Of a DNA stretch of 64,000 nucleotides, positions 46,824 to 57,251 are shown piece by piece. The stretch covers positions 224,001-288,000 of the forward strand of contig CAWBAT010000009.1 of NCBI GenBank assembly GCA_963786955.1, written 5' to 3'. The notes below the pieces were generated by a model. That model was not told the DNA's origin. It ran no database searches and worked only from the letters and a program-made list of their open reading frames with translations. Position 1 is the stretch's first letter. The number at the start of each line of letters is the position of its first letter. This DNA is from an uncultured Acidimicrobiia bacterium (GTDB taxonomy: Bacteria > Acidobacteriota > Terriglobia > Versatilivoradales > Versatilivoraceae). A program made the position numbers and the translations under genes.

Positions 46824-47969
46824 CTAAGCCTGAATCGGGTACGATCCGAACTCCTGCGCTGCATCGAACAATGCCACAATATTTTCGACAGGAACTTTGG
46901 CCTGAATGTTATGCACCGAGCCAAACACGAATCCCCCTCCGGGAGCCAGATCATGAATCCGACGCTTCACCTCTTTGGCCACGTCCTCGGGGCTCCCGTT
47001 CTGCAAGACCACGGGGTCACAACCGCCGCCCCAGAAGGTTAGATCCTTCCCAAATTCGCGTTTCAAGCGGGCGGAGTCCATCTCGACGGCGTTCACTTGT
47101 ACCGGATTGAGCACTTCGATCCCGATCTCGATAATGTCTGGAATGAAGCGGTAGATCGACCCACAGGAATGGAGATAAATGCGGGCCTTCGTTTTTTTGT
47201 GGATGTGTTCGACCAGGCGGCGCATCCGCGGCTTATAGATCTGTCGAAAGGTTGCCGGCGCCATCATGGGCCCGCGTTGGGTGCCGAGGTCTTCGTTGAG
47301 CTGAACAAGATCGACGTATTCTCCCACCTCATCCAGTGCCATATCCCAATAGGCCATTTGCCATTCGAGCAGGCGCTCGGTGAAGGCTTCCATCAAGCGC
47401 AGGTTTCCGGCCAAGTCCATGAACGCCTTCTCTAATCCAAACACATACCAAGAATGCTCCCAAAGGCCCGGCGTGGCATTGCACAGCATGAGGACTTTTT
47501 CACCCGCGGCATGGGCCGCCTTGATTTGCTCGGTCAAACCTGCAATGCGTGAACGATCCTTAGGGTCCGGCCATGGGTACTTATTAAGATCGGCTTCGGT
47601 CTCCGCGTCTGGAAGCGGCACTCCGGCCATGTCAAAGTAATAGCCATTCGGGGGCATGTGGTACTTCGTTCCCCACTCATCGAAATAAGTATTCGTTTCA
47701 GGATCGATCCTGAAGACATAGCTGCTAGGAGGCTTGGGGAAGAACATGGCCGTAACCCGTTCGAAACGGTTAAGCAACTGGGGGTCCGGTTCCACCAGAT
47801 AAGTATGGTAACTACGAATGGGTGGCTTCGGTCCGTTCAAACCCAGATGTTGCATGAGGGACTCATGCGCATACAAATGGAGTGTCGTGTGACGCCCGCC
47901 GAAGTCGAGGGGAACTCGATCCGGTTCCTGATGATTGAGGGCGGCCAGCGCTCTCTCCCGGCTGTTCAT
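46824..47969 (-). CDS. Uroporphyrinogen decarboxylase/MtaA-CmuA family protein
   Basis: MNSRER...HQEPDRVP, DLGTQRG, LHSCG, LNPVQ and GGGFVFGSVHNIQ. Confidence 0.85.
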   Translation of the reverse strand: MNSRERALAALNHQEPDRVPLDFGGRHTTLHLYAHESLMQHLGLNGPKPPIRSYHTYLVEPDPQLLNRFERVTAMFFPKPPSSYVFRIDPETNTYFDEWGTKYHMPPNGYYFDMAGVPLPDAETEADLNKYPWPDPKDRSRIAGLTEQIKAAHAAGEKVLMLCNATPGLWEHSWYVFGLEKAFMDLAGNLRLMEAFTERLLEWQMAYWDMALDEVGEYVDLVQLNEDLGTQRGPMMAPATFRQIYKPRMRRLVEHIHKKTKARIYLHSCGSIYRFIPDIIEIGIEVLNPVQVNAVEMDSARLKREFGKDLTFWGGGCDPVVLQNGSPEDVAKEVKRRIHDLAPGGGFVFGSVHNIQAKVPVENIVALFDAAQEFGSYPIQA

Positions 47970-48350
47970 GGTGATCCTCCTTTTTACCTGCGGCTTTCTC
48001 GACTGATCGAACCTTCATGGGAGATTGCAAGTCATGCTGAAAAGAGAAAAGAAGAAGAAATACTTTCTGAGGTCTATTTTCAGGAGCTCAATCGAATCGG
48101 ATGCCCCATTTACTATTGTGAGCCACCGATCCGTAAATACGCACAATGCTAGCAGCTTCCGAGTGGCTCTGAGAAAAGAAAAGAGACTAAGGAATTGCAG
48201 GGCTCCGTTGAAGCATTAACGGAGAAACGGCAGAGAATCCCCTGAGCATTTTTGAATTGGTGGGAGTTGGTTGGAAAGGAATAGGCCTAGAGACCAGTGT
48301 GACTTCGGCATCAACGCTGACTATCGCGATGCCCGGTGGTGCAGTCTGAT

Positions 48351-48503
48351 AGGATGCTGAAAAACTCGTTGTAGCCGGCCTCGCTGAGGCCGGAAGTATT
48401 GCAAGATTTTGTTTATCTGTGGTCAGCGACCACGGCTACAATCGAAGAGTTGCAATCAGCTCCCTCTTGCCAGTCTCCACTGGCAAGATTTTTTTCAGGA
48501 TGC
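48351..48503. repeat. MITE-like element containing a GTAG REP doublet
   Basis: Imperfect ends AGGATGCTGAAAAA / TTTTTCAGGATGC; inner TTGTAGCCGGCCTCGCTGAGGCCGG and GGTCAGCGACCACGGCTACAA. Confidence 0.5.
48465..48495 (+). terminator. Intrinsic terminator-like hairpin
   Basis: Perfect 10-bp stem TCTTGCCAGT-CTCC-ACTGGCAAGA followed by T7. Confidence 0.55.
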
Positions 48504-48637
48504 GGCGACCGTTTCAGGAGATGGAATCTCATCGGATGCTGGCGGTTCGAGTCGCAATGTTTATTCCCGCCGGAAACAGTCGCTCGCAAAGGAAATCAGC
48601 CGGATCCCATTTGATGTGGTTGTAACGAAAGACTCAT

Positions 48638-49120
48638 TCACTGTTTTTCGTAAAGAGCGTGATTCTTGAATTCTCCCTCAGGCCCTTTCACCGTGCCTTT
48701 CCGTTCAAACTTCTTACCATCTTTGGAGACCGTCACCGTATAAGTCTCTACTGTCTTTCCATCGGCGGAAGTCGCCACACCTTTGGTTGTAGAGTTGTTG
48801 ACGCGGGTGATCGATGCCTTCGAAGCATAGGGGCTGCCAACGAGGGGATATTCCTTCCCATCGATTGCGCCGCTGAACTCAACTTTCAATGGTTTTCCGT
48901 CTCCTGTAGTGCCTGTGAGAGAGTACTTGAGCGACGGCTCCTTGTGTTCTATCACCAAAGTGGCATTCTTCGGTTTCGGTCTTTTCCCGAAATCAGATTT
49001 TTCAGTATCCAGCTTCCAGGTTCCGGACAGGTTGGACACTTCAGCCCTCGCAGGGCTTGCCCAGAGAGCAATAGCGGTGACAAGCACCGCAAAGACGAGA
49101 TAGCGTCTAGCAGTATTCAT
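48638..49120 (-). CDS. Secreted hypothetical protein (lipocalin-like beta barrel)
   Basis: Signal peptide ending in ARA, NLSGTWKLD..KS and VSKDGK; AAGGAG RBS. Confidence 0.7.
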   Translation of the reverse strand: MNTARRYLVFAVLVTAIALWASPARAEVSNLSGTWKLDTEKSDFGKRPKPKNATLVIEHKEPSLKYSLTGTTGDGKPLKVEFSGAIDGKEYPLVGSPYASKASITRVNNSTTKGVATSADGKTVETYTVTVSKDGKKFERKGTVKGPEGEFKNHALYEKQ

Positions 49121-49215
49121 ACGATCTCCTTTAAGTTGAATTGGGGGTTAAGGACCACGGGCAAGAACTTATATCACAAACTGGAGCAGACAACAGCTAG
49201 AAAGCAATTCCCCAA

Positions 49216-50865
49216 ATGAGTTACGATCCCTTGCCTATGTTTGATTTACTCTCGGATGTAATCGCCTATCATCGGGCCACGAAACACCATTTTCATGCCT
49301 ACGCTTCTGGGCCGGAATATTTAGACTGGGAGACACAGCCCAATCCCTTTCGACGCTATGAAGGCGCACCGCTGATCCCTCTAGAGCATATCCTACCGAC
49401 TCCGGAACCTTTTTATGACGAGGCTTTCAAGGCAGGTCATGTTCTGCCTCAGCCCTTCACCCATCATTCGGTGTCGCAATTCTTCTGTGACAGCCTGGCG
49501 CTATCGGCGTGGAAACAGGCGGGGCAATCCTCTTGGGCGTTGCGGATTAATCCCTCGAGTGGCAACCTCCACCCAACCGAGGGCTATCTGGTCTGCGGGC
49601 CAATCACGGGACTGTGCCAGAGTCCAATGATCTGTCACTACGCGCCCGCCGAACATGCGCTAGAGCAACGCGCTGAATTTCCCTTGGAGACTTGGCAAGC
49701 TTTGACCCAACACCTTCCCAACGGAGTGCTCCTGATCGGAATTACTTCCGTACATTGGCGGGAAGCCTGGAAATATGGAGAGCGCGCCTATCGCTATTGT
49801 CAACACGATGTAGGACATGCCATTGCCGCTTTGAGTCTGGCTGCTGCAGCCTTGGGCTGGCAGGCCCGCCTCTTGGATCATCTCGGCAGCGACTCGCTCG
49901 CCGCACTGCTGGGTGTCGGTAACCCTCAAGGCGCTGAACCCGAAGAGCCTGATTGTGTGCTGGCGGTCTATCCGCAGGGGAATCCTGAAACGACTTACAC
50001 TTTGCCAAGCAGTGTGCTCACGACTTTTGCAACATTGCCCTGGCAGGGCCAACCCAATGTTTTGAGCACCAGTCACGTTGAATGGACAATGATCGAGCGG
50101 GTTGCGGTGGCGACGAAAAAGCCCTCGACCAAGCAAGCATACGACAGCCTACTGCCTACAGGGCCAACCCCTGTGGGCGGTTCAGCGCGAACCTCATTTC
50201 GCCAGATTATTTTTCAGCGTCGTAGTGCCGTCGCGCTGGATGGCCGAACAAGGATGACACGGGACGCCTTTTATCACATCTTGCTCAAGACCCTGGCCAG
50301 TCCTAGTCAATTCCCTTTTAATACTCTTCCCTGGACACCACTGATTCACCTGGCCCTCTTTGTCCATCGAGTTGATGGAATTGATCCAGGACTTTATCTT
50401 CTGATTCGTAACTCATTGCAACAGAGTGCATTACAGGCCATAATGAAACCAGAGTTTTCCTGGATAAAGCCAGAAGATTGTCCCGACGGTTTGGAACTTT
50501 ATCAACTCCAGAAGGGAGATGCCCGCACGCTGTCTCGACAGATCTCTTGCAATCAATCGATTGCAGCCGATGGCTGTTTCAGCCTCGGTATGATCGCCGA
50601 GTTTGAAAGACCCTTAAGGCAATACGGCCCTTGGTTTTATCCGCGGCTTTTTTGGGAAAGCGGAGTCCTCGGTCAGGTTTTGTATCTTGAGGCAGAGGCA
50701 ATCGGGATCCGCGGCACTGGCATCGGCTGTTTTTTCGATGACCCGATGCACACGGTGCTGGGACTCAAGACTCTTGAGTATCAGAGTCTGTATCACTTCA
50801 CCATGGGTGGGCCTGTCGAAGACTCGAGGTTAAGAACTTTACCCCCTTATCCACCCGGTCTGTAG
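49216..50865 (+). CDS. SagB/ThcOx family dehydrogenase (double nitroreductase domain)
   Basis: LRINPSSGNLHPTE, WREAWKYGERAYRYC.HD.GH, RRSA and TGIGCFFDD. Confidence 0.88.
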   Translation: MSYDPLPMFDLLSDVIAYHRATKHHFHAYASGPEYLDWETQPNPFRRYEGAPLIPLEHILPTPEPFYDEAFKAGHVLPQPFTHHSVSQFFCDSLALSAWKQAGQSSWALRINPSSGNLHPTEGYLVCGPITGLCQSPMICHYAPAEHALEQRAEFPLETWQALTQHLPNGVLLIGITSVHWREAWKYGERAYRYCQHDVGHAIAALSLAAAALGWQARLLDHLGSDSLAALLGVGNPQGAEPEEPDCVLAVYPQGNPETTYTLPSSVLTTFATLPWQGQPNVLSTSHVEWTMIERVAVATKKPSTKQAYDSLLPTGPTPVGGSARTSFRQIIFQRRSAVALDGRTRMTRDAFYHILLKTLASPSQFPFNTLPWTPLIHLALFVHRVDGIDPGLYLLIRNSLQQSALQAIMKPEFSWIKPEDCPDGLELYQLQKGDARTLSRQISCNQSIAADGCFSLGMIAEFERPLRQYGPWFYPRLFWESGVLGQVLYLEAEAIGIRGTGIGCFFDDPMHTVLGLKTLEYQSLYHFTMGGPVEDSRLRTLPPYPPGL

Positions 50866-50875
50866 GGAGGGGAAA

Positions 50876-50990
50876 GTAGGGCGGTCTCGCTGAGACCGCC
50901 GCCTCCAGTTTGGTCAAGGAGGCGCGCACGGCGTGCGCGCCCTACCAGAGCGACCACCCCCTCGCCCACTCCTTACCAAGGAGGGGAGCC
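50876..50990. repeat. GTAG REP doublet plus CCCC..GGGG arm (copy of 7836-7927)
   Basis: GTAGGGCGGTCTCGCTGAGACCGCC...GGCGCGCACGGCGTGCGCGCCCTACCAGAGCGACCACCCCCTCGCCC. Confidence 0.8.
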
Positions 50991-51182
50991 TTATTGCCAA
51001 TTTTCGCGACAGAAACTAGACTGGACAGTTCTTAAGCAGATACTATTACATATAGACGCAGAAGAAAGAAGGTGGGTTCCCAATAGCCGTTTACGCCCCA
51101 ATTAATTCCTATTCCCAGTGCATTCAAGCTTAGACATGGAAGCCGACAAGTCTGGCCTTCCTTATATCTGAAGTGAAAGGCG

Positions 51183-52499
51183 ATGAAATCCATGAAATCG
51201 AAAATTCCTGCGCCTCGCTCGATCTCACGGCGTCATTTTTTGAAAGCATCCTCAACGCTCAGTCTTGCGGGGCCTTTGACGGTTCATTTCACTTTCCCGG
51301 AAAAAATCTATCCCGCCAACAGCGAGACCTTGCGGGTCGGTTTGATTGGGTGTGGTGGCCGGGGAACGGGCGCCGCTCTACAGGCGCTCAATGCGGACAA
51401 CAATGTCATCCTGACCGCCATGGCCGATGCCTTTGCGGATCGGCTCCACAGCAGCCTGGAAACGTTGAAGACCCAGCAACCCGAACGTGTCCAAGTCGAG
51501 CCGGAGCGGCGTTTTTATGGGTTCGACGCTTATCAAAAGGTCATCAACAGCGGTATAGACGTCGTGTTGCTGGCAACTCCGCCCGGTTTCCGGCCGCTTC
51601 ATCTCAAGGCCGCCATCGATGCCAATAAGCATGTGTTCTGCGAAAAGCCGGTCGCTGTGGATGCTCCCGGAATTCGCTCTGTCCTGGCAACCGTCGAAGA
51701 GGCTCGAAAAAAGAAATTATCTTTGGTTTCGGGTTTTTGCTGGCACTACAGCTCTCCGGAGCGCGCAATCTTTCAGCAAGTACATGATGGGGCCATCGGT
51801 CAGTTGGTTACGGTCTATTCCACTTATGATACCGGTCTTATTTGGAACCGCCCACGCCAGCCAGACTGGAGCGACATGGAATGGCAAATGCGCAACTGGT
51901 ACTATTTCACCTGGCTTTCAGGTGACCACATCGTAGAGCAGGCTGTACACAGTATTGACAAAATGTGCTGGGCAATGAAGGGCGAAATGCCGACGAGCGC
52001 CATCGCGCTGGGAGGACGACAGGTGCGGAACACGCCCGACTTCGGGCAAATCTATGATCACTTCAGTGTCGCCTATGAGTATGCCAGTGGTGTCAGAGGA
52101 TTTCACTATTGCCGCCAACAAGAAGGATGTGCCAATCAGACGGCCGATTTCTATAGTGGAACCAAAGGAGCCTGCGAGATCGAAGGGAGCAGACGGATTC
52201 ATTTGATTCGGGGGGAGAACAGCTGGAAGTATCAGGGACCTTACAACAATATGTATCAGACTGAGCATGACGAGCTGTTTGCTTCTATCCGCAAGGGTGA
52301 ACCGATTAATGACGGAGTCTGGATGGCCCAGAGCACGATGATGGCGATCCTCGGCAGAGAGGCCGCCTACACCGGACAGAAGATCAGTTGGGACGAGATC
52401 ATGAATTCCCAGCAGGATTTGTCTCCACCGAAGTATGAATGGGATGTTTCTCTCCCTATTCCAGAAGTGGCCATGCCGGGAATTACCAAGTTCTTTTAG
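51183..52499 (+). CDS. Gfo/Idh/MocA family oxidoreductase with Tat signal
   Basis: SRRHFLK, GLIGCGGRGTG, KHVFCEKP and GDHIVEQAVH. Confidence 0.9.
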   Translation: MKSMKSKIPAPRSISRRHFLKASSTLSLAGPLTVHFTFPEKIYPANSETLRVGLIGCGGRGTGAALQALNADNNVILTAMADAFADRLHSSLETLKTQQPERVQVEPERRFYGFDAYQKVINSGIDVVLLATPPGFRPLHLKAAIDANKHVFCEKPVAVDAPGIRSVLATVEEARKKKLSLVSGFCWHYSSPERAIFQQVHDGAIGQLVTVYSTYDTGLIWNRPRQPDWSDMEWQMRNWYYFTWLSGDHIVEQAVHSIDKMCWAMKGEMPTSAIALGGRQVRNTPDFGQIYDHFSVAYEYASGVRGFHYCRQQEGCANQTADFYSGTKGACEIEGSRRIHLIRGENSWKYQGPYNNMYQTEHDELFASIRKGEPINDGVWMAQSTMMAILGREAAYTGQKISWDEIMNSQQDLSPPKYEWDVSLPIPEVAMPGITKFF

Positions 52500-52525
52500 T
52501 TTGCTTCACGCGATAGGAGTCTTCG

Positions 52526-53431
52526 ATGGACCTTCTTCCCAATCGCCGCTGTTTCCTGAAATCCGGCCTGGCAGCATTTTCCGCCAGCAGTTTGCAAGCT
52601 TTTGCCCTGGCAACAATGCAGAGCAAACGTCCCGGCATGAAGAAGGCCTTGATGTTTGGTATGGTCGAAGGGGATGCGCCGCTAATCGAAAAATTTCGCT
52701 TGATCAAGGCCGTTGGATTTGACGGCGTTGAGATGGACAGCCCCGGAACATTTGACCCATTAGAAGTCCTCAAGGCTCGGGATGCCGCCGGACTCGAGAT
52801 TCCCGGAGTCGTGGACTCGGTTCATTGGAAACAGACCCTGTCGGATCCAGACCCTGCTGTGCGCGCCCGAGGTTTGGAGGGTCTCCAGACGGCATTGCGA
52901 GAATGCAAACTCTATGGAGGCAGCTCCGTACTCTTGGTGCCGGCTGTAGTCAGCAAAGAGGTTTCGTATCAAGATGCATACGTGCGTTCACAGTCCGAAA
53001 TTCGCAAAGCTCTCCCTTTGGCTGAGAAGCTGGGGGTGCGGATTGCTATCGAGAATGTCTGGAATCAGTTTCTCCTCAGCCCGCTGGAAGCTCAGCGGTA
53101 CGTCGATGAGTTCAATAGTCCCTGGGTGGGCTGGCATCTCGACGTGGGAAACATTATCAATTTCGGATGGCCCGAACAATGGATCCAGGTTCTGGGAAAA
53201 CGCATTGTAAAACTGCACATCAAGGACTTCAGCCGCAGGAAACGCGATCAAGAGGGACTCTGGGCCGGGTTCAAAGTGAACTTATGGGAAGGCGATTGCG
53301 ATTGGCCCGCCGTGATGCAGGCGCTCGATGCCATTGGATTCCGTGGCTGGGGTTCAGCGGAATTGGCCGGAGGCGGTCGTGAACGATTGAAAGACATCTC
53401 AGAACGAATGGACCGAATCTACAATTGTTGA
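52526..53431 (+). CDS. Sugar phosphate isomerase/epimerase (AP endonuclease 2 TIM barrel) with Tat-like signal
   Basis: NRRCFLK, GFDGVE, IENVWN, DVGN and HIKD. Confidence 0.87.
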   Translation: MDLLPNRRCFLKSGLAAFSASSLQAFALATMQSKRPGMKKALMFGMVEGDAPLIEKFRLIKAVGFDGVEMDSPGTFDPLEVLKARDAAGLEIPGVVDSVHWKQTLSDPDPAVRARGLEGLQTALRECKLYGGSSVLLVPAVVSKEVSYQDAYVRSQSEIRKALPLAEKLGVRIAIENVWNQFLLSPLEAQRYVDEFNSPWVGWHLDVGNIINFGWPEQWIQVLGKRIVKLHIKDFSRRKRDQEGLWAGFKVNLWEGDCDWPAVMQALDAIGFRGWGSAELAGGGRERLKDISERMDRIYNC

Positions 53432-53522
53432 CGAGCCGACGCAAATCCGTAACAGACGTGCGGAACGGTCGTCGCGCCAACCACAAGATTGATAAATCGA
53501 CCAGAACCGAAAGGGAAGATCA

Positions 53523-54194
53523 CTAAAATCGGAAAATCACGCCGCCCGTAAAATCCACCTGGTTCTGCAGGGTTGTCTGCAGACGGACTACACACTGGGC
53601 TCCCGCCCCGCCAATGCTACACCAAAATCGACTGTCTGACGCAGAAAGCACAGTGGGTGCCCAGCGGGCTTCAGCGCGCAGCCCGAAATGATCGGCGAAG
53701 AAGTACTTGATCCCACCTCCCAGTGCGAATGAAAAACGCGTCAGGGAGTTGCTTTGGCCATTCTGGCTGGCATAATATGTCGTGGCGCCCAACCCCCCGA
53801 TCACATAGGGAAAAGCTTTCGGATCATTCAGAGTATAGTGATGTAAAAAATTGCAGTGATATTGGTCAATTTTCAGATTGAACGTTGACCCACTCAACGA
53901 CGGACCCGGATCGACAAATCCCGCTGGCAGCTCACCCTTCGTGAACATCCTTCGCCAAAGGCCTTCCACGGCGTCTTCCTCATTCAAGTAGACGCCAAAA
54001 GTAACCCCGGCATTGTAGGAATTGTTCACATGAATTGTCCCAAGATTGACATTATCAGAGCTTTCGAGGGGAATGCCTCCAGTCAAAGTAGCTCCCCCGA
54101 AGGGCTGAATCTCGAATCGTTTGAAATCTCCAGCGTAAATGATTGAACTCGCAAGCCCCATCAAGATGTAAATCATGAGGCAGTTTCTTTTCAT
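53523..54194 (-). CDS. Outer membrane beta-barrel protein
   Basis: Signal peptide, amphipathic strands, GGGIKYF..HFGLRAEAR and a terminal Phe. Confidence 0.8.
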   Translation of the reverse strand: MKRNCLMIYILMGLASSIIYAGDFKRFEIQPFGGATLTGGIPLESSDNVNLGTIHVNNSYNAGVTFGVYLNEEDAVEGLWRRMFTKGELPAGFVDPGPSLSGSTFNLKIDQYHCNFLHHYTLNDPKAFPYVIGGLGATTYYASQNGQSNSLTRFSFALGGGIKYFFADHFGLRAEARWAPTVLSASDSRFWCSIGGAGAQCVVRLQTTLQNQVDFTGGVIFRF

Positions 54195-54373
54195 AGAACC
54201 CCTTACCTAGTGATTTTTCTTTATCAAGTCAATCGTATCGATGAGGCTCGGATGCCTCATTTAGTTGGAGTCGACGTCCTGTTCATTTCAAGGGAACTTA
54301 TCGGAGCGAAGTCTGGAGACTTTATCCACCATCCACCCCAGCCTGATCGACAATGATTCGGCGGGGGCATCAT

Positions 54374-55195
54374 TCATTTCCTGAAGAGTCCAGGCAAGAG
54401 GATGCGCATCGCCGTCTCAGCCTCATGCTTCCAATCCGGGGATTCACTGATCACTGTGGAGTACCCGTCATACTTCAATTCATGGAGAGTTCGGAAAACC
54501 ATTTGAAAATCGAGGTGGCCGGACCCAAAGGTGCCGCGGTTCGTTTCACACAGATGAAAGTGGGAAAGGTCCTGGCCGCAAGCACGAATGGCGTCCTCGG
54601 CGGAGGATTCTTCGATGTTCAGATGAAAAGTGTCGGCCATGATGTGAAGAAAGCTCGATCCCACGGCACTTAACACGGATTTAACTTCGGCCACGGTATG
54701 ATTGAACCCTACCTCCAAGTGGTTTACGGGCTCAAACACGCAATGGACATTCTGCCTTTCGGCATGTTCCCCTACCCTTTTCAAGCAATCGATAATATTT
54801 CTCTGCGCACTATCCCGATTCGCCGCGTCTGCCCGTTGACCTTGAATCAACCCGATAACCAGTAACGTGCTCAGCTGATTTGCAATGGGCATCAGGGCCG
54901 CTACTCGCCGGACGGCTTCCTCTCTGACACTCGACTCAGGGCTCGCGAAACAAACCCGGTACTTCGAGTAAATTCCTCCGGTCAACAGGGCAGATGCTCT
55001 CAATCGGCAATGGTCAAGCTGAGTCGAAAGCGTTGCAACATCGATCTGGGAAGGGTCGGTGGCATTGAACTCTACCGCCTTGAAACCAAGCTCAGTCAGT
55101 CGCATCAATTTCTTACTTAATTCACTGTCCCGTTGCTCTTTTTCCAAAGACCCTAAGAAAAAACTCAACTTGGGCTTTTGCTCTTCTGGCATCAT
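54374..55195 (-). CDS. Sugar phosphate isomerase/epimerase (IolO/D-tagatose 3-epimerase-like)
   Basis: EPVNHLE, DTFHLNIEE and HFHLCETNRG..GSGHLDF. Confidence 0.85.
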   Translation of the reverse strand: MMPEEQKPKLSFFLGSLEKEQRDSELSKKLMRLTELGFKAVEFNATDPSQIDVATLSTQLDHCRLRASALLTGGIYSKYRVCFASPESSVREEAVRRVAALMPIANQLSTLLVIGLIQGQRADAANRDSAQRNIIDCLKRVGEHAERQNVHCVFEPVNHLEVGFNHTVAEVKSVLSAVGSSFLHIMADTFHLNIEESSAEDAIRACGQDLSHFHLCETNRGTFGSGHLDFQMVFRTLHELKYDGYSTVISESPDWKHEAETAMRILLPGLFRK

Positions 55196-55289
55196 GGGTG
55201 TGCATCTCCTTCTTGCCGTGTCGCCTTGCGTCTCTCAAAAAGCGTTTGAGGCAAGTTAAAAGGACATTCAAATTCTCAATATGCCCTCT

Positions 55290-55727
55290 TCAAGAAACGG
55301 ATAAATCCCTCAGGCGCGTTCCAAATGGAAGACACAATACCACATCGAGAGTTTGTTCCCTCTCGGGAAATTCATCGGCAGCTTCGAACTGTACTTTTCT
55401 CTGATCCAAGAAATGTCCCCGCATTGAGAAATCGCCCCACCTCCACAACCATTGTTGGAATGACCGATAGGACCCAATATCAAACAGCGTTCCAAACTGT
55501 CTCCAAGGGGCATTGAGAGAGCATCCAAGGGAAAATGATGGCGGGATTGTAGAAATTACAGAAGACCTGATTGTGGCAAACAGGGGGGATGGAAGCATCG
55601 CGACTGTGACAGAAGCGATTATCGCCATGAGGACCACGATGGCAGACAGTCGAGCGCTGAATAAGATAGACGACGAAAGCGCGAACCTCATTAGACGCCT
55701 ACTCACTTCCTGAGACGAGTGATCCAT
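55290..55727 (-). CDS. Hypothetical protein, possibly degenerate
   Basis: Overlaps the end of the methyltransferase gene; hydrophobic N-terminal half; no recognised motif. Confidence 0.3.
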   Translation of the reverse strand: MDHSSQEVSRRLMRFALSSSILFSARLSAIVVLMAIIASVTVAMLPSPLFATIRSSVISTIPPSFSLGCSLNAPWRQFGTLFDIGSYRSFQQWLWRWGDFSMRGHFLDQRKVQFEAADEFPEREQTLDVVLCLPFGTRLRDLSVS

Positions 55728-56409
55728 TCGATCTACCCACGAGACCTACGTTGGACCAAGGTAGCCAGGGTGTGATGATTCGAAATGATTGGAACTCACT
55801 ATAGCCGGCTGCTTCCATGGTTTGCCTCAATTCCTTTTCGCAGCGGAGCTTTTGGGCTTTGCAGTTCCTCACGATAAGGCGCGTAATCAAAGGGGTCAGA
55901 ACCGGATTAAACTCCCAGAGAATTAATCTTCCCCCGGGTTTCAGCACCCTGGCAGATTCCAGGAGAGCCAGATGAAGCTGCTCGTCGGTGAGATACTTGA
56001 CGACATGAGAAAACAGGACGACATCGAACAAGGAGGAATTTATCGGCAGCGATAGGGCGCTCCCCACCATCAGCTCAACCGGTTTGATAGGCAGACCTTG
56101 CGACGCTGTCCTCCTACCCCGGAGGATCATTTGATAGGAGAGATCGATTCCCAGATACGACTCTTCCGAATGAATCTGCTTCTGGGCCGCGGTTAAGATT
56201 GTCCCCATTCCGCAACCGATCTCAGCAACGCGGTCCATGGGCGTCAACCCGGCAACACGAACAAAAGTACGCGTATAAACAACCCCACTCAGGCGGAAGA
56301 TGAGCCGTCCTAAGAGCGAAGTAAGGCCAGACTCTCCAATCCACCGGTCGTAGAAGTCGCGTGCTATAGACTCTGCTTTAGAGAGTGAAGGGGGAGGACT
56401 TGGGACCAC
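55699..56409 (-). CDS. Class I SAM-dependent methyltransferase
   Basis: VAEIGCGMG, GIDLS, FDVV and RVLKPGG. Confidence 0.85.
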   Translation of the reverse strand: MVPSPPPSLSKAESIARDFYDRWIGESGLTSLLGRLIFRLSGVVYTRTFVRVAGLTPMDRVAEIGCGMGTILTAAQKQIHSEESYLGIDLSYQMILRGRRTASQGLPIKPVELMVGSALSLPINSSLFDVVLFSHVVKYLTDEQLHLALLESARVLKPGGRLILWEFNPVLTPLITRLIVRNCKAQKLRCEKELRQTMEAAGYSEFQSFRIITPWLPWSNVGLVGRSNGSLVSGSE

Positions 56410-57251
56410 CCTCGCGGGAAGGTATGATTTTTCTAAAAGAATTGGGCTATTCAGAAGTTTCTCGGCTGAGAGATCTTGTTTACTTGATGATGAGTTTGCC
56501 CTTCATATCTTTGTGCCAAGGCCGCAGAACTTGCAATAAGATAATTCAAAGCAGTTTCCACCTCCCGCCGGAGTTCACGTAAAGTTCTTTTCATTTTTCA
56601 CGGACCGGCAATCACTCACCGAAGCGGCATCGCAGGATCGTATGATAGCCAAAGTCTCACCGTGGAATAGGATTCTATGGAGGATTGTCTGTATTCCCAG
56701 CCGAACGGGATCAAATGGGGCTCGAATGGTTCCGCGCAAAACAGTTATCTTTCCCTTGGGAGCGTGGCGCCCTACCGCATTGACTTTGGGGGGAAGACGC
56801 ACAGCCTGTGGGACCCCCTGAAATTAGGCTTTATAAAGGAAAGACCGTTAAGTAGCCAGAATAGAATGGGCATTAAGACGAGTCAGCAACGACATCGACG
56901 TAGTCGAAGTTTTGTTAAACAACCTGCAAAATGACTCGAACTCATCATTTCGTGACAAAGCCGCCTGCGCATTAGCCAATGACCAGATCCATTTGACCAG
57001 GAATCAAACGGCACAGCTCTATCGAGAAAGGATCTATGGCGGTCTTGCCGGCCATTAGGGCTAGAGTGGAGGTTCTCAGTTTTCGGTTGGGTCTCCCACG
57101 GAAATACCTTTCCAGTTTGGAACGGAAGTCGTTCAGACCCCGAATCATTTATTAGGAAACAATCCTCGCCATCAACGATTCTTTGTTGATCCCAAGCCTA
57201 GGTGCGGTTACGATATCGTTAATATCAGTAAGCAGAATCTCGAGGAAGCCA

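Noticed and set aside
49216-50865. SagB-like gene as part of a RiPP cluster
   Set aside because: No YcaO, precursor peptide or transporter nearby; it is the stand-alone type.
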